IMG/VR virus record: IMGVR_UViG_2718218136_000001
Direction: 5' to 3' (one strand)
Source: a virus
Taxonomy: Duplodnaviria; Heunggongvirae; Uroviricota; Caudoviricetes
DNA: 64,000 nucleotides
Shown: positions 34,501 through 45,464 of the stretch, piece after piece
Position numbering within the stretch: position 1 is the first letter of the stretch
Layout of the letters: the number at the start of each line of letters is the position of its first letter
Program-made: the position numbers and the translations under genes
The notes under the pieces: model-generated
The model's input: only the letters and a program-made list of their open reading frames with translations
Databases searched by the model: none
What the model was told of the DNA's origin: nothing

Positions 34501-35301
34501 AACGATTGTACTGGTCCCGTTTGCGTCAAAAGTACCGGTAGGCAAGCGGTGAGCGCCAAGAAATTCAGCTTTACGGGATAGGCGCAGGCGTAACCGCTTC
34601 ATGTTTGAACCTGAAACAATGGACGGCGGCACAATCACACACATGAATCCGCCAGGCTTTATCTTGTCCAGCATGCGGAGCATGAAGTAAGAACCCATGT
34701 CCGTTTCTTCTGCGTAAGGCTTATCGATGTTGCGTGTGTTATCACGACCACCGAACGGAACGTTACCCACAACATGGTCGAATGAATCGTTAGGCGTGCT
34801 TACAGCCAGCTGTTCGAACGGGGAAATCTGTACGCTGTCTTCCGGGTGTAACAGCTGGTTTATACGACCGGAAACACTGCTGATCTCAGTCGCGGTCATC
34901 ACCGTACCAACCGGTTTTGTCTCATTAAAAACGCCGGTGCCCGCCGATGGTTCCAGAGTGTTACCTACGTCCGCGCCGTAGAGCTTCATGATCTCCCAGA
35001 CACCTTCAGCGATCGGCTTTGGTGTGTAATATTCGGAGACGGACCCGCCAATGCCGCCTTCACCGGTGTACCCAGCCAGGATCTGGCGCTGTTCATCTGT
35101 CAGTGTCGCGCCGTCCACCAGCGAATTAAGCAAATCTATCGCCTTCTGATTCGCCTCCCGGCGCAGTCGGTCATAGCTTTTGCCTTCCACCTTTTCCACG
35201 CCGTATTTAATCGGCGCTCGGTGAGATGTTATTGCCCTAATGTATTTTAATATTTCGCTGACACTTGAACAGCGAAACACCCCCATAGATAGCTTGTTCA
35301 T
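28534..35301 (-). CDS. darB: DarB antirestriction protein (methyltransferase plus helicase domains)
   Basis: 2255 aa, same length as P1 DarB; helicase Walker A GFGTGLGKTTT and DEGH box. Confidence 0.9.
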   Translation of the reverse strand: MNKLSMGVFRCSSVSEILKYIRAITSHRAPIKYGVEKVEGKSYDRLRREANQKAIDLLNSLVDGATLTDEQRQILAGYTGEGGIGGSVSEYYTPKPIAEGVWEIMKLYGADVGNTLEPSAGTGVFNETKPVGTVMTATEISSVSGRINQLLHPEDSVQISPFEQLAVSTPNDSFDHVVGNVPFGGRDNTRNIDKPYAEETDMGSYFMLRMLDKIKPGGFMCVIVPPSIVSGSNMKRLRLRLSRKAEFLGAHRLPTGTFDANGTSTIVDVVLMRKHPAEMAEKISLVDESTLESANVLWPTFISGKWFEKDGRRFVHGTQEKGFQGRIEVRADGQIDNQALKAKLIHRFESRIDWSLLDMAEPSLTADVVGEGEMRLINGVWQKYAGGRWIEADAGKELKIDAASYGADSWEALQRNLTTTEGRLGMTFTQMANVRDKYTTSISDDMVPLVDWINSQPEKYRERLYRGAMIGRMLIEYQDMKAAGHSAEQIEQQRLSLVSRLQAEIDRFGNPGRGPIAKLSGSGARAWFAFRGAIKLDGTISDELTGKLVTHDSSASYDSTSYQDTLRYLYSDLTRDPIQLDDFRLAFTGELPASDEELLNLLASTPGIAVSPYGGIVPFARATSGDINEIVAPKQEFLATLPDGPVKNNVLNQLAAIEEKRIKTPAENIRFKLNSRWFDRSVILEFLQENGYPDLRYVQSVQLEGDEMVSDTYHGGDGLFVGHRYGVVQRKDKETGEIRYEWDRKSGENATGFPAQLEKYLNGARIGGKDSATANGYREQMALLEDQFNKWIKTHDRYDELVAKYNDVFNSNIPYEHSGDPLGLKGLSGKRQPFDYQNSEVRRLSEDGRGILGFGTGLGKTTTALALEAFNYENGRSTRTAYVVPKSVLENWYYEAKEFLSEEAFSNYLFVGLDVLMDGDQIRQVPVLDENGKPVLGTDGTPVMRDALKLADEATITARMNAIPHSNYRAVVFTKEQYARIPLRDDTVDEHAQDMLYDFVAAGRVASAMDSDSHRKEAARRRVLSEYSDTGTEKAEKYPYFEDMGFDSVIADEGHNYRNSYKNGREASQLAYLPTSAVAQSARDMAIKNAYLMKKNGGRGPVLLTATPVVNTPIDAYNMLSHVLPKEYWQNMGIYGPDDFVKFFGKTRLETVQKISGEVEEKMALVGFENLDALRGIFHRWVTLKTAEDVKDTVEIPELDEHQQDAPLTEEQLAAYEELRQQAEAAAKANNGVTTSVNEDGVIEHEKARPIFSIIRDMDRVCTDMDLYYRRITYRFLPEYADAVQQLADSLPKQATSEDDDSDDSITQQSQYSLIDKGEFIQLQVPEAFEQEVNKRLARFGIDELTVTHPVTPKYAKLIATLKEFFPEGKQIIFTDEKTQHQKLKRIICNALNLEPSKVGILNAQTVAEAGKTGKKLKAVKPPKELPDEPTDAQIAKYNEQMALYDAYIAQQNEMSLGGLEKIAADFQEGRTPIIICNKKAEVGINLHRGTTDIHHLTLPWTPASIAQRNGRGARVGSNRASVRVHYYCGKGSFDEYRLKTLKRKAGWISDILRSDKSEMENADANDMIEMQMYTAKDDGERLVMMQVQMDKAKAAKRARQKEQATIDLQNYIKAQHAAGEDVEVLTAELERSKAELEKTTADVAKFKQAVMAKAADNADWKARWGSVHHTDRMLLAQYRASLKSAIQRKANISQAISRYEKLLNRTQKAATDIKRLRPLVEDAINKGILDVDPDLVNHANEFLVIGDRSWRVGQYYDCAGDIVRIKSLDFDSQRADVEIIFTFKGTKSGNWDVKTLDKQVDVTPDEDAVMQKISGGVSIAGINDIISCDDFYRFQQRGMIKITDSYGVQTTESGYSIDFVGSYTAPLKHAVYPDRRDGALKSSIAKWVLGMMSEGNNRQIRSAETFLVELFGSNYGDVIASYGDTLSPEVIQEKIADAIAKMPEKTSQGATRNGDSELEVTNAIFGTHEFRASDYEITTAQFGTIGIYSNKAEIKQAMDSASARIAAEREANLNHAVAALTQSWVTAIREAATTGKITPAIADVVNDGSKFMDAYQMDAVQLPSAYGQLSYRMTYNLVSMFSDLAILGLVDLNEVTPELLSMRKNHVEILQRINTVLAGRTDEEKQADADRINLALGNITEEEIAARNEKQEELSSIQGDATSIAQSLGLNYRVSTADLKMMYAPKFAAGEVFGLQEASGMKGVLFRAKDAIKAKFGARWLPAKAKNSDFPGNWWIIETKHNVADVLAVIQQYA
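35231..35247 (+). promoter_or_regulatory. C1-operator-like site in the darB/prt divergent region
   Basis: attgccctaatgtattt. Confidence 0.4.
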
Positions 35302-35367
35302 TGGTAATCCTTAACAAGTGACTAGTGTTAAATTCCGTTAAAACACGATGCGAATTATTCTAATTAA

Positions 35368-38098
<2,731 letters not shown>

Positions 38099-38100
38099 CA

Positions 38101-38130
38101 CCCTCCACGCCCTGACGGGCGTGGAGGATG
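38101..38130. terminator. 11-bp GC-rich stem-loop between convergent pro and ddrA-like genes
   Basis: cctccacgccc tgac gggcgtggagg; no flanking U-tract. Confidence 0.45.
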
Positions 38131-38496
38131 TCACGCTGCCTCTTTAATGTTGGCGGCTATCCATGCCGCCGTGTGCTGTTTAACCTGGTCCAGGTCGATG
38201 TATGTGCCAACATATTGACTCAAATCCTGCAAGGTACCGATAAATGCATCGGTGCTCTGATCGACGAATTTATCAGCCAGGAAATCAGCAACCAGTTTTG
38301 GCACACCATCATGTTCCGAAGGTTGTTTTTCCTCGCCACTACCGCCGCCGGACGCGCCGTACCCCATCTGTTGCATGATCTGGTCAATTTCATCGCTGAT
38401 ATCCAGCAACTCCATGCCACTCGCGGTAGCAGCTTTGGACATCAGAGAATCCAACTTGTCGCTGAGGTCCATTAACTCAATAGCTGATAGTGTCAT
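38131..38496 (-). CDS. Small acidic protein at the ddrA position
   Basis: 121 aa, immediately downstream of darA. Confidence 0.5.
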   Translation of the reverse strand: MTLSAIELMDLSDKLDSLMSKAATASGMELLDISDEIDQIMQQMGYGASGGGSGEEKQPSEHDGVPKLVADFLADKFVDQSTDAFIGTLQDLSQYVGTYIDLDQVKQHTAAWIAANIKEAA

Positions 38497-40412
38497 GCAG
38501 CTACCCCCGCTTTCTGGATTGCTACCAGCAGATCAGCCAGGTGGCGAGCAGCGCCATTAACCAGCTCTTCGTTTTCCTCAAAACGTCCGGCAGCCTGAAG
38601 GGCTGCAATCGCTTCCCGGACATTGCCCCGGGCGTTACGGATCTCCGCCATGTCAGTGCTTTGCATATCCATCATGTTATTGAGATATTCAATGGCTTTA
38701 TTAGCCTCTGCATCTGCTTCGCTAACCGTTTCATCAGGCTGTGCCGGGGCCGGTTCTGGCTGAGTAATCTCACCAACTTCGGTCTGCAATGCATTGATCA
38801 TGCTCTGCACCATTTTCTCGGTGCCAGCGCCACCCGGAAACACAATATTGGGGAAAGTTTTTTGAAACTGAGTTTTCAGCATTACGCGGAACTCGTCTGG
38901 TGAGCTGGTGGCCAGCTCCAGAGCTTTTTGTGCATATTTGCCAAACGGACCATTAGTAAGTGTCTTCGCCAGGAAGTCGAAAGAATCCTCGCGAGGCAAT
39001 AACTTCAGGTCGTACTCACTCATTTGCTGATCAGAAAGCGGGGTATCGTAAGTAGCAATGCCGTAGCGTGCATATTCATAATACGAGTCACCTTCATCAG
39101 GGCGCGGCAGAATCGCTTTGTTACCTTCAGGTATTGCGCCAGGGGCCGCCGGACGCATTTGCAGGGCATATCGATATGCACCTACAGAGACTTCTGGTTC
39201 AGGCGAAGAGCTACCGGTATCCTCCGCTGGTTCAGGTTCGACGTTTTCCGGTTTATGTTCTTCTGGTTGGACCAGATATTCCGATACATTACCCGCTTTA
39301 TAGGCTTTAAACAGCTTGCCGATCGCATCTGCCATGTCCACACCCTGTATGGATTTAGCCTTGATCATGTATACGCTGCCATCCGGATCGGTTAACTGGA
39401 TATACCCTTCGCCATCCCCAATGAATTGCTTCATTGATGCACCATTACTGAGCGTCGCTTCCCCGTCCATATGCATACGATTTTTGATACTGACAAGGCG
39501 ATCCGTCAGCGCGCGAGAGTGCCCACCAGTCATCCCCGCTGGAGCAATGGTATCGCGCCCACCAGTGCGATTGAGCTGATCAATCTCCGTCTGCAAACTC
39601 TCATTCTCTTCATAAAGAGAATCCGCTTCCGATGCAACAGCGTTAATTTTCTGCTCCAGATCTGCCTTCTGCCCTTCTACCGCTGCCACCTGATCCGCGA
39701 AGTCGCTCATGGCATCCTCTTTCTGGTCACTGTCAGCCTGTAGTTGGGTTATTTCATCAACAAGGGCTTTTTTCTTCTTCTGCGCACGCTGGAATTTTGC
39801 CGAGTTTTTCTCTGCAAGGTTGGCAAGTTTCATGGTGACCTGCGCCAGCGTCATATCACGTCCACTCATCGGAGCAACGGTGTGAGTAACGTCTTTTTTA
39901 TTCAGTAAGAACTGGAAAGCAACCAGCGTATCGCTATTGGTGATCCGGTTTTCCGCTGTCGGGCTATGAAACAAAATGCTGATAGTCTGACCATCACTGA
40001 GCGGAATAATGGCTGGCAGGACCGGCAGCCCGTTAACGTTACGTGCCCGACCAATTTCAGCGCCGCCGATCGCGCGCGAGCCGCTCTGGGCCACATCCCC
40101 CGTTTTATCACTCCCCGCAGAGATTCCGGTACCATTCAGCTTCTGGTTCAATGCCCGGACAAATGCCTGCATGGTCCGGTGTAACTGCAAACGAGTAGAA
40201 CTAATCGCCTCCAGTAAATCCGTAGCACACCAGTGGATCGGTGTGTCATAGAAGAACGTAGCCTCGATTTCCTCCAGGGTGTTGGATTCCGTCATCAGAT
40301 AGCGGTCCTCACCGGCCATTAATGCGCGATATTCATCATCAGTCACTGGCGGGGGAAGCACGTCAAGCCCAGGCTTGATCGTCACCCCTTTATTGATATT
40401 GAACTGTTCCAT
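38493..40412 (-). CDS. darA: DarA antirestriction/capsid internal protein
   Basis: 639 aa; shares a KNSAKFQ...KAK segment with the upstream hdf-like gene. Confidence 0.75.
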   Translation of the reverse strand: MEQFNINKGVTIKPGLDVLPPPVTDDEYRALMAGEDRYLMTESNTLEEIEATFFYDTPIHWCATDLLEAISSTRLQLHRTMQAFVRALNQKLNGTGISAGSDKTGDVAQSGSRAIGGAEIGRARNVNGLPVLPAIIPLSDGQTISILFHSPTAENRITNSDTLVAFQFLLNKKDVTHTVAPMSGRDMTLAQVTMKLANLAEKNSAKFQRAQKKKKALVDEITQLQADSDQKEDAMSDFADQVAAVEGQKADLEQKINAVASEADSLYEENESLQTEIDQLNRTGGRDTIAPAGMTGGHSRALTDRLVSIKNRMHMDGEATLSNGASMKQFIGDGEGYIQLTDPDGSVYMIKAKSIQGVDMADAIGKLFKAYKAGNVSEYLVQPEEHKPENVEPEPAEDTGSSSPEPEVSVGAYRYALQMRPAAPGAIPEGNKAILPRPDEGDSYYEYARYGIATYDTPLSDQQMSEYDLKLLPREDSFDFLAKTLTNGPFGKYAQKALELATSSPDEFRVMLKTQFQKTFPNIVFPGGAGTEKMVQSMINALQTEVGEITQPEPAPAQPDETVSEADAEANKAIEYLNNMMDMQSTDMAEIRNARGNVREAIAALQAAGRFEENEELVNGAARHLADLLVAIQKAGVAA

Positions 40413-40413
40413 G

Positions 40414-41025
40414 TTAATTTCCTGCTTTCAGTTGCTTAAGACGACGTTTGAGTTCGCCATTCCGTGCCTTTTCGTTATTGAGTCGGCCCGTCTCCTTATC
40501 CAGCTTCGCCCGCAAATCAGTGATCTGCTGTTGATTGAAAGACACCGAATTCTGCGCGGACTTATAAGCGGCAACCACCTGAGCATTCCGCTGTTTTGCT
40601 TCTTGCAGGCGCTGAAAGTTGGATTTAACTGCCGGTTTCTTGTCTACCGGATTGGCAACACGCTTCGCTTTGGCGATCAGTGATTTCTGGAATTTTGCGG
40701 AGTTTTTGCGGGCCGCTTGCCCCATGACGGTACCAAGCGTCTTGATATCCGGCGACTGAGCGTTAGGAATAGCTTTTCCATTCAGCTTCACAGACGATAT
40801 ATCGCCAGTATCGTTTACCTGTATGGCAAGAATTTGTCCGTCGTTAAGAACCAGCTTTGCTGTTTTAACTTTAACGCCATCTTTCGTTGTTGCGCGGTTG
40901 CTGGAGTCAACCTCAATTACCGTAACACCGGTTTTATTGATCGCCGCGATAAGGGATTTCAGCCCCTTTTCATTAACCTGGTCAAAATCGACCGTTGCAT
41001 ACTTATTTTTCGTCATCTGACACAT
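40414..41025 (-). CDS. hdf: Hdf-like protein (homolog of DarA fragment)
   Basis: 203 aa; similarity to a DarA segment. Confidence 0.6.
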   Translation of the reverse strand: MCQMTKNKYATVDFDQVNEKGLKSLIAAINKTGVTVIEVDSSNRATTKDGVKVKTAKLVLNDGQILAIQVNDTGDISSVKLNGKAIPNAQSPDIKTLGTVMGQAARKNSAKFQKSLIAKAKRVANPVDKKPAVKSNFQRLQEAKQRNAQVVAAYKSAQNSVSFNQQQITDLRAKLDKETGRLNNEKARNGELKRRLKQLKAGN

Positions 41026-41446
41026 CCTGTGCGAGATTTATTACGTAACTTCTGCGGATTTGCTGAGTAACAGGGAAAATCCGATACAACGGGTTAATGA
41101 ACGAGTCGCCATGCGTAACCATGACGTTGAAATGCCACAGTCGCTCTCCTTTACCCATATATTCAGTGGGTATGTACAACCATTCACTGTTTTCGCCCTG
41201 TTCAGCCGACGTCAGACAACGTTGTTCACCTTCAATCACTGTCGTCGGCTTCTGAACATCGCGGATCCAATATCTGACCGTTGCGCCGCGCAAAAACGGG
41301 AATTTAGACCGGTATTTGAACGGCACCCGGATGAAACCCGGTTTAATTTCCACATCACCAAGTTCTAAATGCGTGATGTCCTTGCGTTTTAGCAAATAGC
41401 GATCGGCTAAGGCTAACGCAAGAACGCATACACCCCAGCCAATCAT
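41003..41446 (-). CDS. lydB: LydB-like antiholin
   Basis: 147 aa directly downstream of the holin gene. Confidence 0.55.
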   Translation of the reverse strand: MIGWGVCVLALALADRYLLKRKDITHLELGDVEIKPGFIRVPFKYRSKFPFLRGATVRYWIRDVQKPTTVIEGEQRCLTSAEQGENSEWLYIPTEYMGKGERLWHFNVMVTHGDSFINPLYRIFPVTQQIRRSYVINLAQDVSDDEK

Positions 41447-41772
41447 TTCCCGCCTCCCTTTTTCACCAAACTTGTAAGAACATTCAGAATGCTATCGATA
41501 TTCACTCGTTTCATCCCTGAAATCACCTCATGACCGTTATTGCTGGCTATCGTTACCATTAAGTACGTAATTGATAACTCCCAGCCCTCGTGTTGCCCCA
41601 ATAGGTACGCCACCGCGCCAGCTGTCACTGCAACAAAGATCTCCGTAACCAATCCCAACAAATTGCCAGACTGGCGACCGTCTCGGACATCCATCAGGAA
41701 CGTGCCTATCCCACCAATTACTGAAAGCAGGAGCGCAATAGCAACTGGAGCTAATTCCTGTGTGTCAAGCAC
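41443..41772 (-). CDS. lydA: Holin LydA
   Basis: 109 aa with two to three TM helices and charged C-terminus. Confidence 0.7.
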   Translation of the reverse strand: MLDTQELAPVAIALLLSVIGGIGTFLMDVRDGRQSGNLLGLVTEIFVAVTAGAVAYLLGQHEGWELSITYLMVTIASNNGHEVISGMKRVNIDSILNVLTSLVKKGGGK

Positions 41773-41839
41773 AAGTTCCCTCCTACGTTGTCAGGAGGTA
41801 ATGGTATGCAAAGTAACTTCTCAACCGGTCATTTGTTGC

Positions 41840-42121
41840 TTAAGAGGCATTTCTATTGAGGTACGAATCAATAATCCTTTGTAACTTTTCAAGAATGAGC
41901 CTGTTATTGATGCTGCAAATAATAGTCACGCAATTCTGAAGACTTTCATCCATACCCTTATATTCCGCGAAATACATGCCTATAAAGCCTGCAAGTACGG
42001 CAGCAATACACTCGGCCATCAATTGCCTGCATGACGCTTCGTAACGTTTTTCACAAACCCCATTCAGAAACGAATGCACCCCGCCAAGGATGGAGAGGAG
42101 CATTATTGTGAAATCACACAT
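41840..42121 (-). CDS. Small membrane protein, holin-like
   Basis: 93 aa with two hydrophobic segments. Confidence 0.45.
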   Translation of the reverse strand: MCDFTIMLLSILGGVHSFLNGVCEKRYEASCRQLMAECIAAVLAGFIGMYFAEYKGMDESLQNCVTIICSINNRLILEKLQRIIDSYLNRNAS

Positions 42122-42248
42122 AACTATTTCCTTAATAGTGAATTAAATATCATTGGGAAACGGTATGTACTTTGTGATTTCCACACATACTGGTTTTTGT
42201 TAATTAAAATCCGCAGCTTGCTATAAATAACGATAGTGAGCAGAAAAT

Positions 42249-42809
42249 ATGCTAATAGGCTATGTACGCGTATCAACAAATGAACAAAACACTGCTTTAC
42301 AACGAAACGCTCTTGAAAGCGCAGGATGTGAGCTAATTTTTGAGGACAAGGCGAGCGGCAAAAAGGCTGAGCGCCCTGGGTTAAAAAAGGTACTCCGTAT
42401 GCTTTCCAGAGGTGATACCCTGGTCGTATGGAAGTTAGATCGTCTTGGGCGCAGCATGCGTCACTTAGTTGTGCTGGTGGAAGAGCTGCGTGACAGAGGC
42501 ATTAACTTCCGGAGTCTCACTGACTCCATCGACACCAGTACACCAATGGGGCGCTTTTTCTTTCACGTAATGGGGGCGCTGGCAGAAATGGAACGTGAAC
42601 TTATTGTTGAACGTACACGCGCTGGACTTGATGCAGCTCGCGCAGAAGGTCGAATAGGTGGGCGTCGGCCTAAATACCAGAAAGAAACATGGCAGCAAAT
42701 GCGGCGATTGCTGGAGAAGGGCATCCCCCGTAAGCAGGTTGCAATCATCTATGATGTGGCTGTTTCCACTCTTTATAAGAAGTTTCCGGCGTCATCATTT
42801 CAATCCTAA
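42249..42809 (+). CDS. cin: Cin serine invertase
   Basis: 186 aa, MLIGYVRVSTNEQNTALQ...; resolvase catalytic Ser and C-terminal HTH; ends at cixL. Confidence 0.95.
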   Translation: MLIGYVRVSTNEQNTALQRNALESAGCELIFEDKASGKKAERPGLKKVLRMLSRGDTLVVWKLDRLGRSMRHLVVLVEELRDRGINFRSLTDSIDTSTPMGRFFFHVMGALAEMERELIVERTRAGLDAARAEGRIGGRRPKYQKETWQQMRRLLEKGIPRKQVAIIYDVAVSTLYKKFPASSFQS

Positions 42810-42826
42810 ACCTTGGTTTAAGAGAA
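42801..42826. other. cixL crossover site (caatcctaaacc-tt-ggtttaagagaa)
   Basis: 26-bp imperfect dyad at the outer edge of the left inverted repeat. Confidence 0.75.
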
Positions 42827-43409
42827 CTCGGTACCAGCGGTGAAAAGATCCCCCTGTTGAGCACGGCTAACACATGGAGTGCACGCCAGACTTTCAACGG
42901 CGGGATCACCGGGGCGCTGACAGGGAACGCCGATACCGCAACAAAATTGAAAACAGCCAGAAACATTAATGGCGTCAGGTTCGATGGTTCTGGTGACATT
43001 AATATCAATACTCTGGTATCGCGCGGTCGCGTAACGGCCCTGGAGGCGAATGCACAGGGAACATCCGGGATTCAGCTGTATGAGGCATACAACAATGGCT
43101 ACCCTTCCCCCTATGGCAATGTGCTTCACCTTAAAGGTGCCACCGCTGCTGGCGAAGGTGAGTTATTCATTGGCTGGAGTGGCACGAGCGGTACCCATGC
43201 GCCCGTACATATCCGTTCGCGGCGGGATACTGATTCTGCCAACTGGTCTGAATGGGCGCAGGTCTATACGTCAAAAGATTCAATTCCCGGCGTCAATGCC
43301 AAAGGGGATCAGGATACCTCTGGTAATGCGGCTACAGCGACCAAGTTGCAGACAGCATGTACTATCAACGGTGTCTCGTTTGATGGTTCTAAAAATATTG
43401 AGCTAACGG
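42811..43409. repeat. Left ~600-bp inverted repeat of the invertible C segment
   Basis: Reverse-complement identical to 46514-47111. Confidence 0.9.
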
Positions 43410-44371
43410 TTGAAAATTTAAATCTTGAGCGAACAGTAGAATTAGCCGCTGGGTCATTGCAGAAAAATCAGAACGGCGCGGATATTCCTGGAAAAGATAC
43501 CTTCACTAAAAATATTGGTGCATGTCGCGCTTTTCACAGTTCTATTAGTACAGGTGCAGGGAACTGGACAACGGCACAATTGATTGAATGGCTGGATTCT
43601 CAAGGGGCATTCAATCACCCATACTGGATGTGCAAATGTTCATGGTCGTACGGCAATAATAAAATTATAACCGATACTGGCTGTGGAACTATTCATCTTG
43701 CAGGTTGCGTTATTGAGGTTATGGGTAATAAAGGTGCCATGACCATACGCGTTACTACGCCGAGCACGTCCAGCGGTGGCGGAATCACTAACGCTCAATT
43801 CACTTATATTAATCATGGTGATGCTTACGCTCCTGGCTGGCGACGAGACTACAACACGAAAAACCAGCAGCCTGCATTTGCTTTAGGGCAAACAGGACGC
43901 AGGGTCGCAAATGATAAAGCTGTTGGCTGGAACTGGAATAGCGGCGTTTATGATGCAGATATCAGTGGCGCATCGACATTAATCCTCCACTTTAATATGA
44001 ATGCGGGGAGTTGCCCTGCTGTACAGTTCCGCGTGAATTACAGAAATGGCGGTATCTTTTATCGTTCAGCGCGTGATGGTTATGGCTTTGAAGCTAACTG
44101 GTCAGAGTTTTACACCACAACACGCAAACCCTCTGCGGGAGATGTTGGTGCATATACGCAGGCAGAATGTAACTCAAGGTTTATTACAGGTATTCGCCTT
44201 GGCGGTCTGTCATCTGTTCAGACATGGAATGGTCCTGGCTGGTCTGACAGGTCAGGTTATGTCGTTACTGGTTCAGTTAACGGAAACCGTGATGAATTAA
44301 TTGATACAACTCAGGCAAGGCCAATTCAGTATTGCATTAATGGGACGTGGTATAACGCGGGGAGTATTTAA
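42857..44371 (+). CDS. Alternative tail-fibre variable cassette Sv' (silent in this orientation)
   Basis: Promoterless; first ~185 aa identical to an internal part of S; distinct C-terminal domain. Confidence 0.8.
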   Translation: MSTANTWSARQTFNGGITGALTGNADTATKLKTARNINGVRFDGSGDININTLVSRGRVTALEANAQGTSGIQLYEAYNNGYPSPYGNVLHLKGATAAGEGELFIGWSGTSGTHAPVHIRSRRDTDSANWSEWAQVYTSKDSIPGVNAKGDQDTSGNAATATKLQTACTINGVSFDGSKNIELTVENLNLERTVELAAGSLQKNQNGADIPGKDTFTKNIGACRAFHSSISTGAGNWTTAQLIEWLDSQGAFNHPYWMCKCSWSYGNNKIITDTGCGTIHLAGCVIEVMGNKGAMTIRVTTPSTSSGGGITNAQFTYINHGDAYAPGWRRDYNTKNQQPAFALGQTGRRVANDKAVGWNWNSGVYDADISGASTLILHFNMNAGSCPAVQFRVNYRNGGIFYRSARDGYGFEANWSEFYTTTRKPSAGDVGAYTQAECNSRFITGIRLGGLSSVQTWNGPGWSDRSGYVVTGSVNGNRDELIDTTQARPIQYCINGTWYNAGSI

Positions 44372-44373
44372 TT

Positions 44374-44907
44374 ATGATGCACTTAAGAAATATTACAGCT
44401 GGCAACCCTAAAACAAAAGAGCAATACCAGCTAACGAAACAATTTAACATCAAATGGCTTTATACAGAGGATGGAAAAAACTGGTATGAGGAACAAAAGA
44501 ATTTCCAGTATGATACGTTGAAAATGGCCTATGACCACAACGGCGTTATTATTTGTATTGAAAAGGATGTTTCAGCAATTAATCCAGAAGGCGCAAGCGT
44601 CGTTGAATTACCTGATATTACAGCAAATCGCCGGGCTGATATTTCTGGTAAATGGATGTTCAAAGATGGCGTAGTGGTAAAGCGAACTTATACCGAGGAA
44701 GAGCAGAGGCAACAAGCGGAAAATGAAAAGCAAAGTCTGCTACAGCTCGTCAGGGATAAAACCCAGCTATGGGACTCACAGCTACGGCTGGGTATCATTT
44801 CCGCCGAGAATAAGCAGAAATTAACCGAGTGGATGCTCTTTGCGCAGAAAGTCGAATCCACAGACACCTCCAGCCTACCAGTAACATTTCCCGAACAACC
44901 TGAATGA
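44374..44907 (+). CDS. Alternative tail-fibre assembly chaperone U'
   Basis: 177 aa, N-terminus MMHL(R/K)NI(T/Q)AGN shared with U. Confidence 0.8.
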   Translation: MMHLRNITAGNPKTKEQYQLTKQFNIKWLYTEDGKNWYEEQKNFQYDTLKMAYDHNGVIICIEKDVSAINPEGASVVELPDITANRRADISGKWMFKDGVVVKRTYTEEEQRQQAENEKQSLLQLVRDKTQLWDSQLRLGIISAENKQKLTEWMLFAQKVESTDTSSLPVTFPEQPE

Positions 44908-44935
44908 GACAAGGCCCGATAGCGGGCCTTAATTT

Positions 44936-45463
44936 TTATTCAGGCTTTTGTGGCCATTCAGGATTTGCCGTATCCACACGGCTGACCAGAACACTGTAGC
45001 GTTCCCATGCTTCCAGTCGTGTGCGTTCCTCGTCTGTTGCCATATTCAGCCTGACAGCGCGTTCCAGCGGCTGGATGACTGATTCAGCTTCGGAAAGCAA
45101 TGCGGCCTTTTGTGATTCGGCTTGTTGTTGCTGTTCGTCTGCCGTATAAATCCGTTTAACTACAGCTCCATCCTTAAACATCCACTTTCCTGAATCATCA
45201 GCGCGGCGGTTGGCTGTTATGTCGGGAACCTCAACGACGCTAAAACCTTCAGGGTTAAGCGTGGAGGCATCTTTGGTGATGGCGACAATAATATTATTTT
45301 CATCGTAAACAATCTTTATGGTGTCTGGCTGAAAGTTTTTCACTTCCTCATACCAGTTTTTTTCGTCCTCAGAGTAAAGCCAGATGACTCCGTGCTTCTT
45401 TGTTAACTCATACTGCTCCAGTGTTTTAGCATTACCCGCTTGTATGTTCTTTAAGTGCATCAT
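44936..45463 (-). CDS. U: Tail-fibre assembly chaperone U (expressed orientation)
   Basis: 175 aa directly downstream of S. Confidence 0.8.
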   Translation of the reverse strand: MMHLKNIQAGNAKTLEQYELTKKHGVIWLYSEDEKNWYEEVKNFQPDTIKIVYDENNIIVAITKDASTLNPEGFSVVEVPDITANRRADDSGKWMFKDGAVVKRIYTADEQQQQAESQKAALLSEAESVIQPLERAVRLNMATDEERTRLEAWERYSVLVSRVDTANPEWPQKPE

Positions 45464-45464
45464 A

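Noticed and set aside
43050-43406. Identical 118-aa ORFs on opposite strands (43050..43406 and 46517..46873), plus 42818..43129 and 46794..47105
   Set aside because: They lie inside the C-segment inverted repeats and are antisense to the tail-fibre coding frame; their identity is a consequence of the repeat, not separate genes.
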